Assembly (NCBI GenBank): GCA_029953675.1
Contig: JAMWBK010000001.1
Location: forward strand, 558,001 to 622,000
Length of the DNA stretch: 64,000 nt
Source of the DNA: Rhodosorus marinus CCMP1338
Lineage: Eukaryota > Plantae > Rhodophyta
Direction: 5' to 3'
In this document: in pieces, positions 62,160 to 64,000 of the stretch
Layout: every line of letters starts with the position of its first letter
How positions within the stretch are numbered: the stretch's first letter is position 1
Position numbers and translations under genes: made by a program
The notes under the pieces: model-generated
Told to the model about the DNA's origin: nothing
What the model saw: only the letters and a program-made list of their open reading frames with translations
Databases searched by the model: none

Positions 62160-63520
62160 GGGGAACATCATCAGCTTAGAAACGTGCTTCTATGCGAGGC
62201 GGTTCATTTCCGTAGATACGTTCTGTTCCGCAAACACGAACCCGTTTCGTGATTCCGTAGCTCTGCGTGGTCTGCGGCTTTGCACCAGAACTTTGCTTCC
62301 AACAGTGGCCAGCTGGCCTCCATGTTACTGTGAACGGCGTTGGGCTGGAAAGGCAAAGCGGTCCCATCTGGGGTTACACCCCGGCAGCGATCCCCAGAAT
62401 CAACAGTGTGCACAATGAATCTCTTTAGCGGCGCGGCGGGTGTTGGGTTTCAAACGCAGGAAACAAGGTCATAGAACGGGTGGACATCACATACCCTCAA
62501 TACTCGGCTGTTAACGCACGGTCAAGACGCCCTTCTTGTAGATAGCATTAAACCATTCGTTCGTCTTGTCCAGAGGCAGAATCTCGAAATCAGGCTATTG
62601 TTTTGGTGGCATTTTTTTCGCTGAACCTAAAAAAGAAAACCAAGGGTAAGGGAATCGCCGCCCCGCCATGTCTCCTGCGCACATTATTGAGCGAGATTAT
62701 TGTCACTTCTTCTAATGCTAAGCTAGCAAGATGGGCAGTCCATCCAATTTCCAAATTTTCCAATAAAGCTACGCAGGTAACCTTCTCCAGCGTTTCAAGG
62801 GCGTCATCATCACAGCCGGGCAGAGTCCCTAAAATCCCATTTGATTGAAATATGCTTTTGCCCGATGCTGCTTACGTAGGTTGCCCATTGAACACGACTC
62901 GAAACACATACACAGGAGGAAAAAAGGATTCGATCCAAACTAGAATTTTGGGAAAAACGGTGAACTTGTCTAAGCAAGCAACAAATTTTGCAGTCTCGAT
63001 GCACGTCTGAAACAATTTGCATTGATTCTTTTCTTGTGATTGGACAAGACCGAAACAAGATGTGGAGGACTACCAATAAGATTAAAATTTAAGTTACTTT
63101 TCAAGTTTATTCTCTGTTGAAATTGATAAGCTATCCACTCAGTCGGCCATTTAGTTTAACACCTTTTTTGGTTCAAAATGCACCACTTCTTAAGAACCGA
63201 GCGCTTTCTGACTGGCTTGAAATGAAAACGACAACGTTTCAGCGACGTGTGGAGAGAGGGTGCGTAGTAATGTGCCCCACTCCCACCACTCCCAAATGGG
63301 TACTACGAACGAGGGCATGATGCACATGATGAACAGTGTTATTGGAGCGAAACAGAGGTTTCCGAAAACCGCTCGTACAAAGCCTATATTCCCAATTGGT
63401 CCACAATGTTTCAGAAAAACAAGAGTCGAAGCGTGCGCTTCCCGTTGTGGGTTGCCTGCCAGGACCTGTTCTCTCATATGTCCCTTTGAGAATCCTCCAG
63501 GCGCCCCGTTTTATCTTTTC
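62160..63520 (+). mobile_element. Decayed Ty3/gypsy pol relic (RT thumb, RNase H, integrase fragments)
   Basis: In correct order across broken frames: CFYARRFI (cf. GYYRRFI), APELCF..W..LHVTVNGVGL (cf. APVLA.PD...F.V.TDAS..GLG), SNAKLARWAV (cf. RLARWAL), HHSQMGTTNE (cf. YHPQ.NG..E) and GAPFYLF (cf. TG.SPF.L). Confidence 0.6.
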
Positions 63521-64000
63521 ACCATGCGTAAAACACCTCTGCTGAATTCAAATCTGGGCACACAGATGATTAAACGATTTCCCAAGGGCCTGGAGTATCT
63601 TGGAGGGCTATGTCGCCAGAGGGAAATCATTCCAGAGTTGCCAAGGTACTTGATGAAACTTCGACATGTGGAGGCTTCTTCTCCCAAGGTTTTTGTAATC
63701 GTTCTATAGAGCTATTCAAGCGAATTCACATGCCATGGCCGGCGAGAATGACCCCGGAAAAGCTGTTATTCGAGACATTTCTGAGGTGCGCAAAGTAGTT
63801 GCTTCATCAGATAAATCGCATTGTCTTTCACAACCTGTGCAGGTGTGAAATTCCTGAAGACAGTGCGCAGCAGGTTCTTCAACCTTTCTACTCCACTTTC
63901 CTGCTTTGAGGAAACTAGGGAAGGGAATTCAAGATTGAGACACTCCCATGAGGACGATGGGAAAGCACTGTTCAGATATTTGTAATCTTCTACTGAAAGG

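Overview
Eukaryotic nuclear DNA with short (about 60-260 nt) GT-AG introns. It is most likely from a red alga (inference from two N-termini with early-Phe, transit-peptide-like motifs, a CBM20-GH13 glucan enzyme and a short C2H2 gene). About 17 protein-coding genes are supportable: the 5' end of a probable protoporphyrinogen oxidase, a CASTOR/POLLUX/PEC-like ion channel, a 4-finger C2H2 protein, D-2-hydroxyglutarate dehydrogenase, a bacterial-looking CxxC protein, a Myb/SANT-like protein, a PPR protein, a divergent mitochondrial carrier, two tandem branched-chain aminotransferases, a CBM20-GH13 enzyme, a formiminotransferase, dPGM, a zinc-dependent deaminase, a GH47 mannosidase, an HTH-psq protein and a STEAP-like metalloreductase. 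There is also one tRNA-Val(AAC). Intergenic DNA holds decayed Ty3/gypsy and probable Ty1/copia and hAT relics plus several tandem repeats. The most interesting signals are: (1) repeats on both sides of the C2H2 gene that match the site predicted from its own fingers, suggesting an autoregulatory cassette; (2) a PPR gene whose UAG stop is followed by 79 more open codons; (3) a BCAT pair in which one copy has a remodelled substrate loop, next to a carrier with a degenerate gate motif; (4) a roughly 230-bp array with an inverted copy of its core motif. All family assignments come from motif recognition by eye; no database search was run. No rRNA or CRISPR array was seen.
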